NCBI GenBank assembly: GCA_964012805.1
Contig: CAXGUD010000039.1
Coordinates: 1-33,242, forward strand
Length of the DNA: 33,242 nt
Reading direction: 5' to 3'
From: an uncultured Bacteriovoracaceae bacterium
GTDB lineage: Bacteria > Bdellovibrionota > Bacteriovoracia > Bacteriovoracales > Bacteriovoracaceae
Position numbers and translations under genes: made by a program. This document shows, piece after piece, positions 17,547 through 26,668 of the stretch; the first letter of the stretch is position 1, and the number at the start of each line of letters is the position of its first letter. The notes beneath the pieces were generated by a model, which had not been told where the DNA came from, searched no databases, and saw only the letters and a list, made by a program, of their open reading frames with translations.

Positions 17547-19562
17547 TCAAGAAGTTTTGGTATTTTTAAATATTGGTATTGTTATGACAATTTCAAATTT
17601 CCTGTGACCAAGAGAGTTTTTTTTGCCTATTAAGTTTAATTTAATTTTAGCGCCCTTTTTGCTTATGAGTTCTAAAACTGCATCCATACCCACACCTCTT
17701 CCGGAGATGAGGCTAACATTTTTGGCCGTTGAAAGTCCGGACTTAAAAATCAGATTGGATAATTCTTCATCTTTTAGCTTATCTTTTGGGCTTATCAACC
17801 CTTTTTGAATCGATAATGCTTCAATTTTATGAAGGTCTAGGCCTCTACCGTCATCTTTAAAGTGAATGGAGGCAAATTTATCTTTATAAGTCACTTCTAT
17901 TGTTATTTTTCCTGTAGGTTTTTTTCCTCCTTTTTCTCTTTCATCGAGACTTTCAATGCCATGATCTAATGAATTTCTAAAGAAGTGAACGAAGATATCC
18001 TTTAAGGTTTGTGTATAGCTTTTGAAAATCCTTAGTTTTCTTGATTTTGTCTCTATAATAGGCATAGGTTTTTTAAGATCCTTTGCCATACTATTTAATC
18101 CTTTCGAAATGTCATCTATGATTTGTTCAAAGTCTTCGCTATTATAGCGATTTATAATCCTTTCAACTTTTGTATAGAGATAAGCTTCTTTATTTTTTGA
18201 ATTGATGCTTTTTCTATAATTTTTCTGGAGGTCCATGAAATAATCAATTTCTTCCGGTAAGTCCGACTCTTGTACATCCAAAAGCTTTTCCTCACATAAA
18301 GTTTTATACTCCATGATTGCATTTTTTGCTTCTTCAATATCAAAAAGTAGTAGCTCGCTATCCCAGTTTTCTAAATTATTTTTTCTTAATTCATCATATC
18401 TATTTTCAACTTTATGAATAACATCAGTTAAATTTCTTAACTCATAGGTCCTAGCATTTCCTTTTATGGTGTGCATATTTCTGAAAAGTTTTGTGATAAC
18501 TTCTTGATTGACATCTTTGGCTTCTAAAATAATCTTTTTATTTTGTTCAATATAGTTTAAGGCAGTATCGGTAAAGGATAAAAACTTTGTTGTAGTAACG
18601 TGGAGGATTTCTCCTATTATTTCAAGCTCTCTCTTTTTGGCCCCCATATCTAATTGAAGCTGCTTGAATTCCGTTACATCCTTTACATTTACCAAAACCT
18701 TTTCAACACAGTTATCCTCATTTAGAATTGGGTTCCAATCTAATTCTAAAAATCTTTTTCTATTATTTATCTTCTTTTGATACTCTTTAATAAAAATATC
18801 TTCATTGATTTGGAAATTTATTATATCCTGTTCTAAAATATTAGAGAGGCTTGCTTCCATTTGATTTAACTTGTCACCACCAAGTGATGAATCATTAAAT
18901 AGAAAATTCAATGCATTTTTACCAACAATATTATGATCTTTGAACAGTTCTTCTAAATGACTAGAGTATTCTTTGTGAATAGTTTTATCAGGAAGAATGG
19001 TAAATATACCTTGTTTCATATTTTGAAGCATATTAGCTATATCTTTTGTTTTCTCTCTTAACTTTGCAGTTCTTACCTCGACCATATCCTCAAGTTTTGA
19101 GTTCATCTTTTTAAGTTCTTTTTGGTGATGTGTTATTTCACTTATATCCTTACCGATAATTAAAAATAATTTTTTTCCAGAATCGAGAACCTTCTCATAT
19201 AGAAAAATATCCCATAAATATGTATAAGCCATATTGAACTTTTTACTTTTCTTATTTAGTTGAAGGGAGAATTCTTTGTGATGGCTTCCACTCATTTCCA
19301 CTTCTTGTAGGGAATTTTGAAAAAATACCCAATTTTTTTCTTCGAAAATATCACTGAGGTTACTTTTAATTAGACTTTCTTTATCTATTTCCAAAATTTC
19401 AGCGAGTTTACTATTCCCTGAAAAAATGGTTCCATCATTTTTAATAATTGCGACGGCATTTGGTAGGGAATTTATAATATTTTCAATATTTCCCTTGGAA
19501 ACTTCAAGCATCTTTATGATTTTGCTTGTCATGTTTTTTATAACAAAGTCAGAAATTGCCAT
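17547..19562 (-). CDS. Soluble CheA-like histidine kinase (PAS - coiled coil - PAS-like - Hpt - HATPase_c) lacking a CheW-like P5 domain
   Basis: PAS-like start (IENIINSLPNAVAII..DGTI...N), Hpt motif LFRNMHTIKGNA, CheA-type N box HFFRNSLDHGIE, DDGRG, IFKSGLST and ISGRGVGMDAV. The protein ends right after the ATPase domain. Confidence 0.88.
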   Translation of the reverse strand: MAISDFVIKNMTSKIIKMLEVSKGNIENIINSLPNAVAIIKNDGTIFSGNSKLAEILEIDKESLIKSNLSDIFEEKNWVFFQNSLQEVEMSGSHHKEFSLQLNKKSKKFNMAYTYLWDIFLYEKVLDSGKKLFLIIGKDISEITHHQKELKKMNSKLEDMVEVRTAKLREKTKDIANMLQNMKQGIFTILPDKTIHKEYSSHLEELFKDHNIVGKNALNFLFNDSSLGGDKLNQMEASLSNILEQDIINFQINEDIFIKEYQKKINNRKRFLELDWNPILNEDNCVEKVLVNVKDVTEFKQLQLDMGAKKRELEIIGEILHVTTTKFLSFTDTALNYIEQNKKIILEAKDVNQEVITKLFRNMHTIKGNARTYELRNLTDVIHKVENRYDELRKNNLENWDSELLLFDIEEAKNAIMEYKTLCEEKLLDVQESDLPEEIDYFMDLQKNYRKSINSKNKEAYLYTKVERIINRYNSEDFEQIIDDISKGLNSMAKDLKKPMPIIETKSRKLRIFKSYTQTLKDIFVHFFRNSLDHGIESLDEREKGGKKPTGKITIEVTYKDKFASIHFKDDGRGLDLHKIEALSIQKGLISPKDKLKDEELSNLIFKSGLSTAKNVSLISGRGVGMDAVLELISKKGAKIKLNLIGKKNSLGHRKFEIVITIPIFKNTKTS

Positions 19563-19572
19563 ATGCCGCTTC

Positions 19573-20145
19573 TTAAAATAAATCTATTTCATCGTTCCTT
19601 TCATAGCCCTTCATTAATTTTAATTTGTCAATGTCCTCAGGCTCACTACTTTTTAATTCTATAGAAAAGAAAAATGAATAATTGTTATCTTTAATTTTCC
19701 AAATGTTTTTAAAACCGAACTTTTTCTTATCTTTATCTAAAAATAAGTCATCAAAACCTGTTGCAATAAAAGGCGAGCTCATAATAAGATCTATTCCTAT
19801 ATCTCTTAAAACCTCGTTAATCCTACCGCCTAATGTATTACTTAGCTCTTTCATATAATCATTCATAAAATTAATGTCATTTGTTTTTTTTGTATCTTTA
19901 AATACCTGCTCAACTATTTTTTTTAAATCAGTGTGGTTATAATAAAGTTTAAAATAGAGAGAAAAATTGGGGTTATTTAAGAAAATAAAGGTCATCCAAT
20001 TGGATAAAACTTTTTCTTCCATTTTGTCCAATACAAGTGAATCAATATAAGGGTCATCCAACAGAAGGTAACTACCCAAGTTTGAATAGATTAAGTTCTT
20101 AAACTCATCCAAAATTTCTTCAGTCTCTAATTTATTTAAACCCAT
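19573..20145 (-). CDS. CheX/CheC-like phosphatase-family protein
   Basis: DYMKELSNTLGG (E-x-x-N motif) followed by SSPFIATG and a C-terminal IDLF. It sits 10 nt upstream of the CheA-like gene. Confidence 0.7.
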   Translation of the reverse strand: MGLNKLETEEILDEFKNLIYSNLGSYLLLDDPYIDSLVLDKMEEKVLSNWMTFIFLNNPNFSLYFKLYYNHTDLKKIVEQVFKDTKKTNDINFMNDYMKELSNTLGGRINEVLRDIGIDLIMSSPFIATGFDDLFLDKDKKKFGFKNIWKIKDNNYSFFFSIELKSSEPEDIDKLKLMKGYERNDEIDLF

Positions 20146-20171
20146 ATACCCAAATCCTAGATTACGCTTTC

Positions 20172-20198
20172 TTATCGAATGAATTGGGGAAAATTGTA
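20172..20198 (-). promoter_or_regulatory. Putative sigma28-type promoter for the CheX-like/CheA-like operon
   Basis: TACA-N15-TTCGATAA, 27 nt upstream of the start codon. Confidence 0.5.
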
Positions 20199-20688
20199 AA
20201 TTTAAAGAAAAGTGGATTAATTACCTTCTGTATCTGTATTTCTTAAGAGGATCGTTAATTGATTTTTAAAATCAGCTTTTTGTCTCTTTTAAAAAAATGT
20301 TAAAAAATATACTTAGTTTGAGGAAAAAGTCATTAAAAAAAGTGTTCGTAATGAGGTTAAATAAAATTTAGCTAATCTTAAGAATATTTAACGATTTATA
20401 TTAATCTTATTAAGAATTATTTATATTGATTTTTGGCCCATTTAAGAAATGTCCTAAGCAACCCATGCATAGATTATGTCAAAGCTATTAAGCGTGAGAA
20501 GGGAAAGTTTCTTAACTTTAGGTTCAAAAAAGATCTTAAAATAGAGCATTAAGTACCTATTATCTATCAGAAGATTAAAAAAAGGTAGATAGAGAAATAC
20601 TAATTTGAAGAGTGGAGTGTCTAGCTTCCGCTCAACTAATTTTTGCTATTGATAAAGGGATTTTTAGAAGTAAAAAGGACTTTTGTCA

Positions 20689-20715
20689 AAAGAGTTTAAA
20701 AAGTTTAGACGATAA
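20689..20715 (+). promoter_or_regulatory. Putative sigma28-type promoter for the fadD-like gene
   Basis: AAAG-N15-GACGATAA, 70 nt upstream of the start codon. Confidence 0.4.
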
Positions 20716-20784
20716 GTTTAAGCGATGGCTTTTAGAAATGGTGACTATAGAGGATAATTTTTCTGTATTTTGGGAGAGTAAGAT

Positions 20785-22500
20785 ATGGGCAAGATATGGT
20801 TTAACTTTTATCAACACGGTAGAAAAAAAGAAGTCCATGTAGATGTTGAAAATATTGAAGAATTTATTCAAAAAAGATTTAAAAAGTTTTCTGGAAATAT
20901 TGCTTTTGAGTCTCTAGGAAAAGACTTGAGTTATGATGAGCTTGATAAATACTCTCTTCAGTTTGCTTCTTTCCTTCAGAAAAAATGTGGCATAAAAAAA
21001 GGTGACCGTATTGCACTCCTGGTTCCAAATATCCTTCAATTTATTGTGGCAAGTCTGGGTGCTTTTCGGGTAGGAGCAGTGCTTTGTCCTTTAAACCCTC
21101 TTTATACCAAAGCAGAAGTAAAAAAACTTCTTTTTGATGGAGTTGATGGAGATGGCAAGGGGGCGATTAAGCCAAAGTTGATTATTGCTCTTGATAAATT
21201 TGCCTCTAATTTACAAGAATTTGCAAATAACGGAGATGTCGAAAATATCGTGATAACAAAAATAGGTGATTTGATTGGAGGGGTGAAAGGAAAAATAATA
21301 AACTTTGTTTTTAAGCACATTAAAAAGGAAGTTCCTGAATACTCGATTAAAAATGAAATACCTTTTTTAGACTTCTTAAATTACGACACATCAATTGATA
21401 AACCAAAAATGGATATTTCAGATGAATTAATTTTGCAATTTACTGGAGGCACATCTGGGACAATTAAGGCCGCTGTTTTAACTCAAAAAAATGTTTTAAG
21501 TAATATTTATCAAAATTTAAATTCTGTTACTATCGACTCAGGTGATGGTAAGCATTGGACTAAGGAGGATACTTTTTTAGGTGTTCTTCCTCTTTTCCAT
21601 ATCTATGCTCTTAATACGTCCTTTTTAAGTGCAATTGGTCTTGGATATAAAGTCATTTTAGTACCAAACCCTAGAGACATTAATAGCATCATTAAAACAT
21701 GGGCAAAAAGTAAAGTTAGCATTACAGCTGGCATAAATACTCTTTTCATGAAACTTTTAGAACACCCTAAATTTAATAAAAAGCATATAAACTTTTCAAG
21801 GTTGAAGGCCCTTTTGAGTGGCGGCATGGCCATACAAGAAAAAACATACTTGGCCCTCCGCGAGAGAACGGGAACGGAAATTTCTGTTGGTTATGGCTTG
21901 AGTGAAACATCTCCAGTTTTATGTATGCATGATAGATTTAGGAAAGGTTATTCCAGTTCTGTTGGTTTACCCCACGCATCTACTGATATTAAAATTCTAA
22001 GCGATAAAAATGAAGAGTTGGCAATTGGTGAAATTGGAGAAGTTTGTGCAAAAGGACCTCAAGTGATGAAGGGTTATTGGGACCTTGAGAAAGAAACAAA
22101 AGATGCCTTCACAGAAGATGGTTATTTTAAAACAGGAGACATGGGTTATATTGGAATTAATGGTGAACTTTATCTTGTTGACAGGAAAAAAGATATGATC
22201 AACGTATCTGGTCTTAAAGTTTACCCCCAAGAGATTGAGTCCATTGTTAATAAGCATCCGAGAATCATTGAGTCTGGTGCCATATCAACCCCTGATGATT
22301 TAACAGGTGAAGCTGTTGCCCTTTTTGTCGTTAAGAAAGACAATGCCCTAACGGCCTCTGAGATCATCGATTATATGAAAGAAGAATTAACAAATTATAA
22401 AATACCAAAAATAATAACTTTTATTGAAGAAGTGCCGAAGTCGCCAATTGGTAAGTTATTACGACGAGAATTACGGTCTTATATTTCAAAAGAAAGTTAA
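20785..22500 (+). CDS. fadD: Long-chain-fatty-acid--CoA ligase (FadD-like adenylate-forming enzyme)
   Basis: LQFTGGTSGTIK P-loop, LPLFHIYA, GYGLSETSP, KGPQVMKGYW, FKTGD, DRKKDMINVSG.KVYP.EIE and PKSPIGKLLRRELR. Confidence 0.9.
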   Translation: MGKIWFNFYQHGRKKEVHVDVENIEEFIQKRFKKFSGNIAFESLGKDLSYDELDKYSLQFASFLQKKCGIKKGDRIALLVPNILQFIVASLGAFRVGAVLCPLNPLYTKAEVKKLLFDGVDGDGKGAIKPKLIIALDKFASNLQEFANNGDVENIVITKIGDLIGGVKGKIINFVFKHIKKEVPEYSIKNEIPFLDFLNYDTSIDKPKMDISDELILQFTGGTSGTIKAAVLTQKNVLSNIYQNLNSVTIDSGDGKHWTKEDTFLGVLPLFHIYALNTSFLSAIGLGYKVILVPNPRDINSIIKTWAKSKVSITAGINTLFMKLLEHPKFNKKHINFSRLKALLSGGMAIQEKTYLALRERTGTEISVGYGLSETSPVLCMHDRFRKGYSSSVGLPHASTDIKILSDKNEELAIGEIGEVCAKGPQVMKGYWDLEKETKDAFTEDGYFKTGDMGYIGINGELYLVDRKKDMINVSGLKVYPQEIESIVNKHPRIIESGAISTPDDLTGEAVALFVVKKDNALTASEIIDYMKEELTNYKIPKIITFIEEVPKSPIGKLLRRELRSYISKES

Positions 22501-22531
22501 AAGAAGTAGCGATTGGATTTTTCTTAAGAAA

Positions 22532-23365
22532 TTATTTATGGACATATAAATAGTCATAGCCGTTCAAAATGACTTTTTTAGACCATTTGCTATAAGACTT
22601 CACAAAACCCGAGCTACCACTAACATGCCTTACTTCTGTTCTCCCATCAATACCTTTACCTTTGGCCTTTGAAAACTGAACGTTATATATTTTTCCCCAA
22701 GGGTCGTAAATTTTTAAATAACCATCTTCGTATCCATTTAAAACAAGCGCATGACCTCCACTACGAGAGTAAATGTCTTCGTCATTCTTTTCATAAACAC
22801 CAAATGAAACGGCCATAAAGGGCTTTCTTTTTATAAAAATATCAATAATATCCTGGTTGGTTGTATGGGTATAGGTACTACCAGAACGGAATCCTTTTTG
22901 GTATCCACAACAAACTCGAATACTTGATACGTAATTACTGATTGCCCTTGTTTTCAGGTGAGAGAAGGTGCCTCCATGCTTCCAATCGGTCGCCATATCT
23001 TGACCTACTTCATAGATACTTGGACCGTATTGTTTCGTCCTCGAATAAGTCGTGTATTTTTTTGAAAAATTTCTAAACTTGTCAAACTCATTATTAAACT
23101 TTATTACATTGCTTGTTTCCCTCACAAGCCCGGCCATTCCCATAGTAACAGAAACTGGAGCACACCAACCTGGGTCTAAATAAACTTTTATACCTGAAAG
23201 TTTTCTAATAATACCGGGAAGGCTCATGCTCCCCTGGTTTAAAAGAGGCATTTTTGAGAGGGTACAAAAACTATTATCTGTACAGTTTTTAACTTTTGGT
23301 TTTTCCTTTTTACAGCTAAAGAAGACCAAAATTAATGCGAGTAAGATTATTTTTTTTTCTTTCAT
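22532..23365 (-). CDS. Lipoprotein with a papain-fold (C39-like) cysteine peptidase domain
   Basis: Lipobox-like LVFFSC, oxyanion Gln in PLLNQ, catalytic Cys in GWCAPVS, His in GGHALVLNGY and Asp in IYDPWG. Confidence 0.78.
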   Translation of the reverse strand: MKEKKIILLALILVFFSCKKEKPKVKNCTDNSFCTLSKMPLLNQGSMSLPGIIRKLSGIKVYLDPGWCAPVSVTMGMAGLVRETSNVIKFNNEFDKFRNFSKKYTTYSRTKQYGPSIYEVGQDMATDWKHGGTFSHLKTRAISNYVSSIRVCCGYQKGFRSGSTYTHTTNQDIIDIFIKRKPFMAVSFGVYEKNDEDIYSRSGGHALVLNGYEDGYLKIYDPWGKIYNVQFSKAKGKGIDGRTEVRHVSGSSGFVKSYSKWSKKVILNGYDYLYVHK

Positions 23366-23464
23366 AATTGAACTTTAACACGTTTTTAAAAAAGAAAAAA
23401 ATAGAGTTAAGAGATAATCAAAAAATAAAAGAACTAATACTTTTTTTTTATAAAATAAAAATAT

Positions 23465-24088
23465 TTAGACAGGTACTGAATGACCCCAGTAATGATAGGA
23501 AATAAACTTAGGTCCTGGTATATAACCTTTATTAAGATCCTCAATTTTATAGCCACTTTCTTCTATTAATGTTGGAATATCTCTATTTAAGTTGCAACCA
23601 CCTCCAATAAGGTTTTGGATTGGATTAAGTCGGTTTTGCCAACGGACAACATTTTCTTCTGGTGCAAGACCGTGTTCCGAGAAAATATATTGACCTGAGG
23701 GAGATAAAACCCTTTTTATTTCTTTAAGTGCTTTTATAGGATTTTCAATTGAACATAGCGTATAAGTGCACACAATGGTGTCGAAAAAGGAATCCTCTAA
23801 AGGTATTTTGTCTGCCATAACGGGAAAAAACTCGATTTCAATTCCTAGTTTTTTTGCCTTTATTTTTGTCATTTCTTCAAATTTTGGATGAGGATCTAGA
23901 GCATAAATCTTACTAACTTTATTCCGATTGTAAAATTCAAGGTTTGAACCAGATCCTATACCAATTTCGAGAACCTTTCCCTTTGCATTAGGGATAACCT
24001 TTAACCTTTGCTTTTTTATAATTTTCATGTTCATAAAAAAATCGATCATATGAGGACAAATGTGCAAGTCGTAAAAGTTCCTAAACAT
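23465..24088 (-). CDS. Class I SAM-dependent methyltransferase (Methyltransf_11, PmtA/METTL7-like)
   Basis: VLEIGIGSGSN, FDTIVCTYTLCSI, EIKRVLSPSG, FSEHG and GGCNLNR. Confidence 0.93.
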   Translation of the reverse strand: MFRNFYDLHICPHMIDFFMNMKIIKKQRLKVIPNAKGKVLEIGIGSGSNLEFYNRNKVSKIYALDPHPKFEEMTKIKAKKLGIEIEFFPVMADKIPLEDSFFDTIVCTYTLCSIENPIKALKEIKRVLSPSGQYIFSEHGLAPEENVVRWQNRLNPIQNLIGGGCNLNRDIPTLIEESGYKIEDLNKGYIPGPKFISYHYWGHSVPV

Positions 24089-24129
24089 TTGGTAAGACTC
24101 CTTAAAAGTTTAATTATTATCCTTTTTAA

Positions 24130-24156
24130 TAATTAAAAAAAAATAAATTACGATAA
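24130..24156 (+). promoter_or_regulatory. Possible sigma28-type promoter for the GH5 operon
   Basis: TAAT-N15-TACGATAA, 67 nt upstream of the start codon. The very AT-rich context lowers specificity. Confidence 0.35.
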
Positions 24157-24222
24157 GCTATATTATACAGATATTAAAAAATAATAAAGCTAAACAAACT
24201 TTATCTTGAAAGGGCAAGTCTT

Positions 24223-26022
24223 ATGAAAAGCTTAGAAATAAAAAATAAAATTTATAAAACCTTTTTAGTCCTACCGCTTTTTCTTTTCTTTCCCTTTTCT
24301 GTTTTTAGCGAGGGTTTTACAGAAGCCGATTCCGCAAAACTAAAAAAAGATATGGAAAAAGTTTTTAATGATTCAAAAGTATTTAGCAGTGCTGAAAAAA
24401 GAAAGTTTAAAAAATTTGGCCTATTGAGAAAATGTCAAAAGGGATACAAGTTAGGAATTGGTCGTTGTTATAAACCTTGTAAAGAAGGTTTTAAAGGTAT
24501 TGGGCCTTCTTGTTGGAAGTTGTGCAAGAAAGGTTATAGAGACATGGGCCTGACTTGCCATAAAAAAGGTTCTTTTAAGAATTACTATAAAAGGAAAGTC
24601 GTTAAACGAGAGAGTGAAGCACCGATTATTTGGGGTATTAGTAAGCCCAAAAACATTAAATATATAAGAGATGAAAAGGGAAGGGCCCTTATTTTAAGAG
24701 GAGTTAACTCTTCTAACACCTCTAAGAAGAGAAAGAACAAATTTTTGCCTTGGATAAACGAAAAAGCCGTTATCCAGGAAACAAGAGACTTTGGTTTTAA
24801 TGGAGTTCGATTTCTTATTTTCTGGGCAGGAATTGAGCCAAAAAGAGGTGTTTACAATGATAAATACTTGGATGAGGTGGCCAAAAGAGTTAAGTGGTAT
24901 ACAGACAATGGAGCCTACGTCTTTTTAGACATGCACCAGGATATTTATGGATATGGTGTAAGAGGGGGTAATGGCGCTCCTGAATGGGCAACTGAGACCG
25001 GTATTGCTTCTAAATATAAAAAAACTGATTTAACAAAACTCAACCCTGCTTTGAAAAAAATGTGGTGGCTCAATGCTGCTAATCCAGCGGTTGTGAATGC
25101 TTATGACAATTTTTGGCGTTATACAAAACATAAATACCTTCAAGACCACTACGTTAAGGCCTGGCAAAGAGTCGCCAAGAAGTTTAAAAATAACCCTAAG
25201 GTTATTGGCTACGACCTTATGAATGAACCTCATTCAGGAGATATCTCTCCCTTTTTTGAAGCAAAAAGATTAAAAGATTTCTACAATAGAGTCATTAAAG
25301 GGATTCGAAAAATTGACAAGGACAAATACCTTTTTATTGAGCCACGTTCTTTCGGTGTCAATTTTGGAATGCCTTCATTTCTTCCGAAAATTAAAGACCC
25401 AAGACCTGGCCCTGCCAAAATCGTTTATGCGCCTCATATCTACCCTTTACTTATCCATGAAGATGTTCCTTATGGATCAGTTGATAGAAGAAGTGTTGCT
25501 AGGTGGTCAAAAAATAGAACTATGGAAATCAAAAGGCTTGGAGGTGTACCCCTAATTGCTGGGGAAATTGGCGGTAATGATGCGACTGACGGCTTTAAAA
25601 ATTATTTAGAGGAAGCCTTTAATATGCTTGATTATATGGGGGCCGGTTGGACATGGTACTCAAATGCACCTAGTAAGAAAGTCGGGAAAGGTTGGAGTAT
25701 TGTAACAAGAGATCTAAAAGAAAATCCAAAAGTGGACTTGCTTGTGAGAACTTACCCACGAGCGATCGCTGGAGATCCTAAAGGGTTTACTTACGATATG
25801 CATACCAAAGATTTTCAACTACGCTTTAAAACTAAAAGTGACATCAAAGGTCCTACGGAAATTTTTGTTCCCAAGAGGCATTATCCAAAAGGTTTTGATA
25901 TTAAAGTTTTTCATAAAACAGAATCAGATTGGGAAAAAAAGTGGGATGATACAAGACAAATTCTTTATATAACAACAAAACATAGCGATACCCCTTATAT
26001 TATTAAAATAACGAGAAAGTAA
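24223..26022 (+). CDS. Exported GH5 glycoside hydrolase, endoglycoceramidase-like, with an N-terminal six-Cys module and a C-terminal beta-sandwich
   Basis: RDEKGRALILRGVN, GFNGVRFLIFWAGIEP, LDMHQD..G....GNGAPEWA, acid/base YDLMNEP, YAPHIY, nucleophile AGEIG and RTYPRAIAG...GPTEIFVP...YP. Signal-peptide-like N-terminus. Confidence 0.9.
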   Translation: MKSLEIKNKIYKTFLVLPLFLFFPFSVFSEGFTEADSAKLKKDMEKVFNDSKVFSSAEKRKFKKFGLLRKCQKGYKLGIGRCYKPCKEGFKGIGPSCWKLCKKGYRDMGLTCHKKGSFKNYYKRKVVKRESEAPIIWGISKPKNIKYIRDEKGRALILRGVNSSNTSKKRKNKFLPWINEKAVIQETRDFGFNGVRFLIFWAGIEPKRGVYNDKYLDEVAKRVKWYTDNGAYVFLDMHQDIYGYGVRGGNGAPEWATETGIASKYKKTDLTKLNPALKKMWWLNAANPAVVNAYDNFWRYTKHKYLQDHYVKAWQRVAKKFKNNPKVIGYDLMNEPHSGDISPFFEAKRLKDFYNRVIKGIRKIDKDKYLFIEPRSFGVNFGMPSFLPKIKDPRPGPAKIVYAPHIYPLLIHEDVPYGSVDRRSVARWSKNRTMEIKRLGGVPLIAGEIGGNDATDGFKNYLEEAFNMLDYMGAGWTWYSNAPSKKVGKGWSIVTRDLKENPKVDLLVRTYPRAIAGDPKGFTYDMHTKDFQLRFKTKSDIKGPTEIFVPKRHYPKGFDIKVFHKTESDWEKKWDDTRQILYITTKHSDTPYIIKITRK

Positions 26023-26024
26023 TT

Positions 26025-26657
26025 ATGGTGGAAGAAAAAAAATATGAAGTTTGGGGTTCTAAACGATCAAGGGCCTTTAGAGTGTTATGGCTATTAGAGG
26101 AAATGGGTCTTTCTTATACCCATCATCACGTCGACTTTTCTAAAAAGGAACATAAGAGTGGGCCTTTTCTTAAAAAGACTCCCTACGGAAAAGTTCCCGT
26201 TTTAGGTGTTGATGGTCATTATATTTTTGAATCAGGGGCAATTATCGAGTTTCTTGCAATTCAACATAGAGAAAAGGAAATGGCACCACCCATAGAAAAC
26301 TTTGAAGACTATGGTCGCTATTTGCAGTGGAACTTTTTTGCTTTAACTGAGTTAGAGCAACCTTTGTGGTTAAAAGCTAAACATAGTTTTGCTCTCCCTG
26401 AAGAGTACCGCGTGAAAGAAATAGAAAAAGCTGCCTTTTATGAATTTTCAAAGGCCATTGGGGTTATCGAAAGAGAACTTAATGGAAAAGAGTATCTTTT
26501 AGGTGAAAAATTTTATGCTTGCGATCTCCTTGTAGGAAGTGTTCTAAATTGGGCAAGAGGCTTTGATTTTCTTGACGAAACCTACCCAAATTCTTTCGAT
26601 TATATAACCCGTCTAATAAAAAGAGACGCCTTTTTAAAAGTTAAAGATTCGAAATAA
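26025..26657 (+). CDS. Glutathione S-transferase family protein
   Basis: SRAFRVLWLLEEMG, PYGKVPVL, FESGAI and YLLGEKFYACD. Starts 2 nt after the GH5 stop codon. Confidence 0.95.
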   Translation: MVEEKKYEVWGSKRSRAFRVLWLLEEMGLSYTHHHVDFSKKEHKSGPFLKKTPYGKVPVLGVDGHYIFESGAIIEFLAIQHREKEMAPPIENFEDYGRYLQWNFFALTELEQPLWLKAKHSFALPEEYRVKEIEKAAFYEFSKAIGVIERELNGKEYLLGEKFYACDLLVGSVLNWARGFDFLDETYPNSFDYITRLIKRDAFLKVKDSK

Positions 26658-26668
26658 AAGGTTTATTT

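Noticed and set aside
20612..20871. ORFs 20612..20842 (+) and 20686..20871 (-) near the fadD start
   Set aside because: They overlap fadD and its promoter region and have no recognisable motif, so they are probably chance ORFs.
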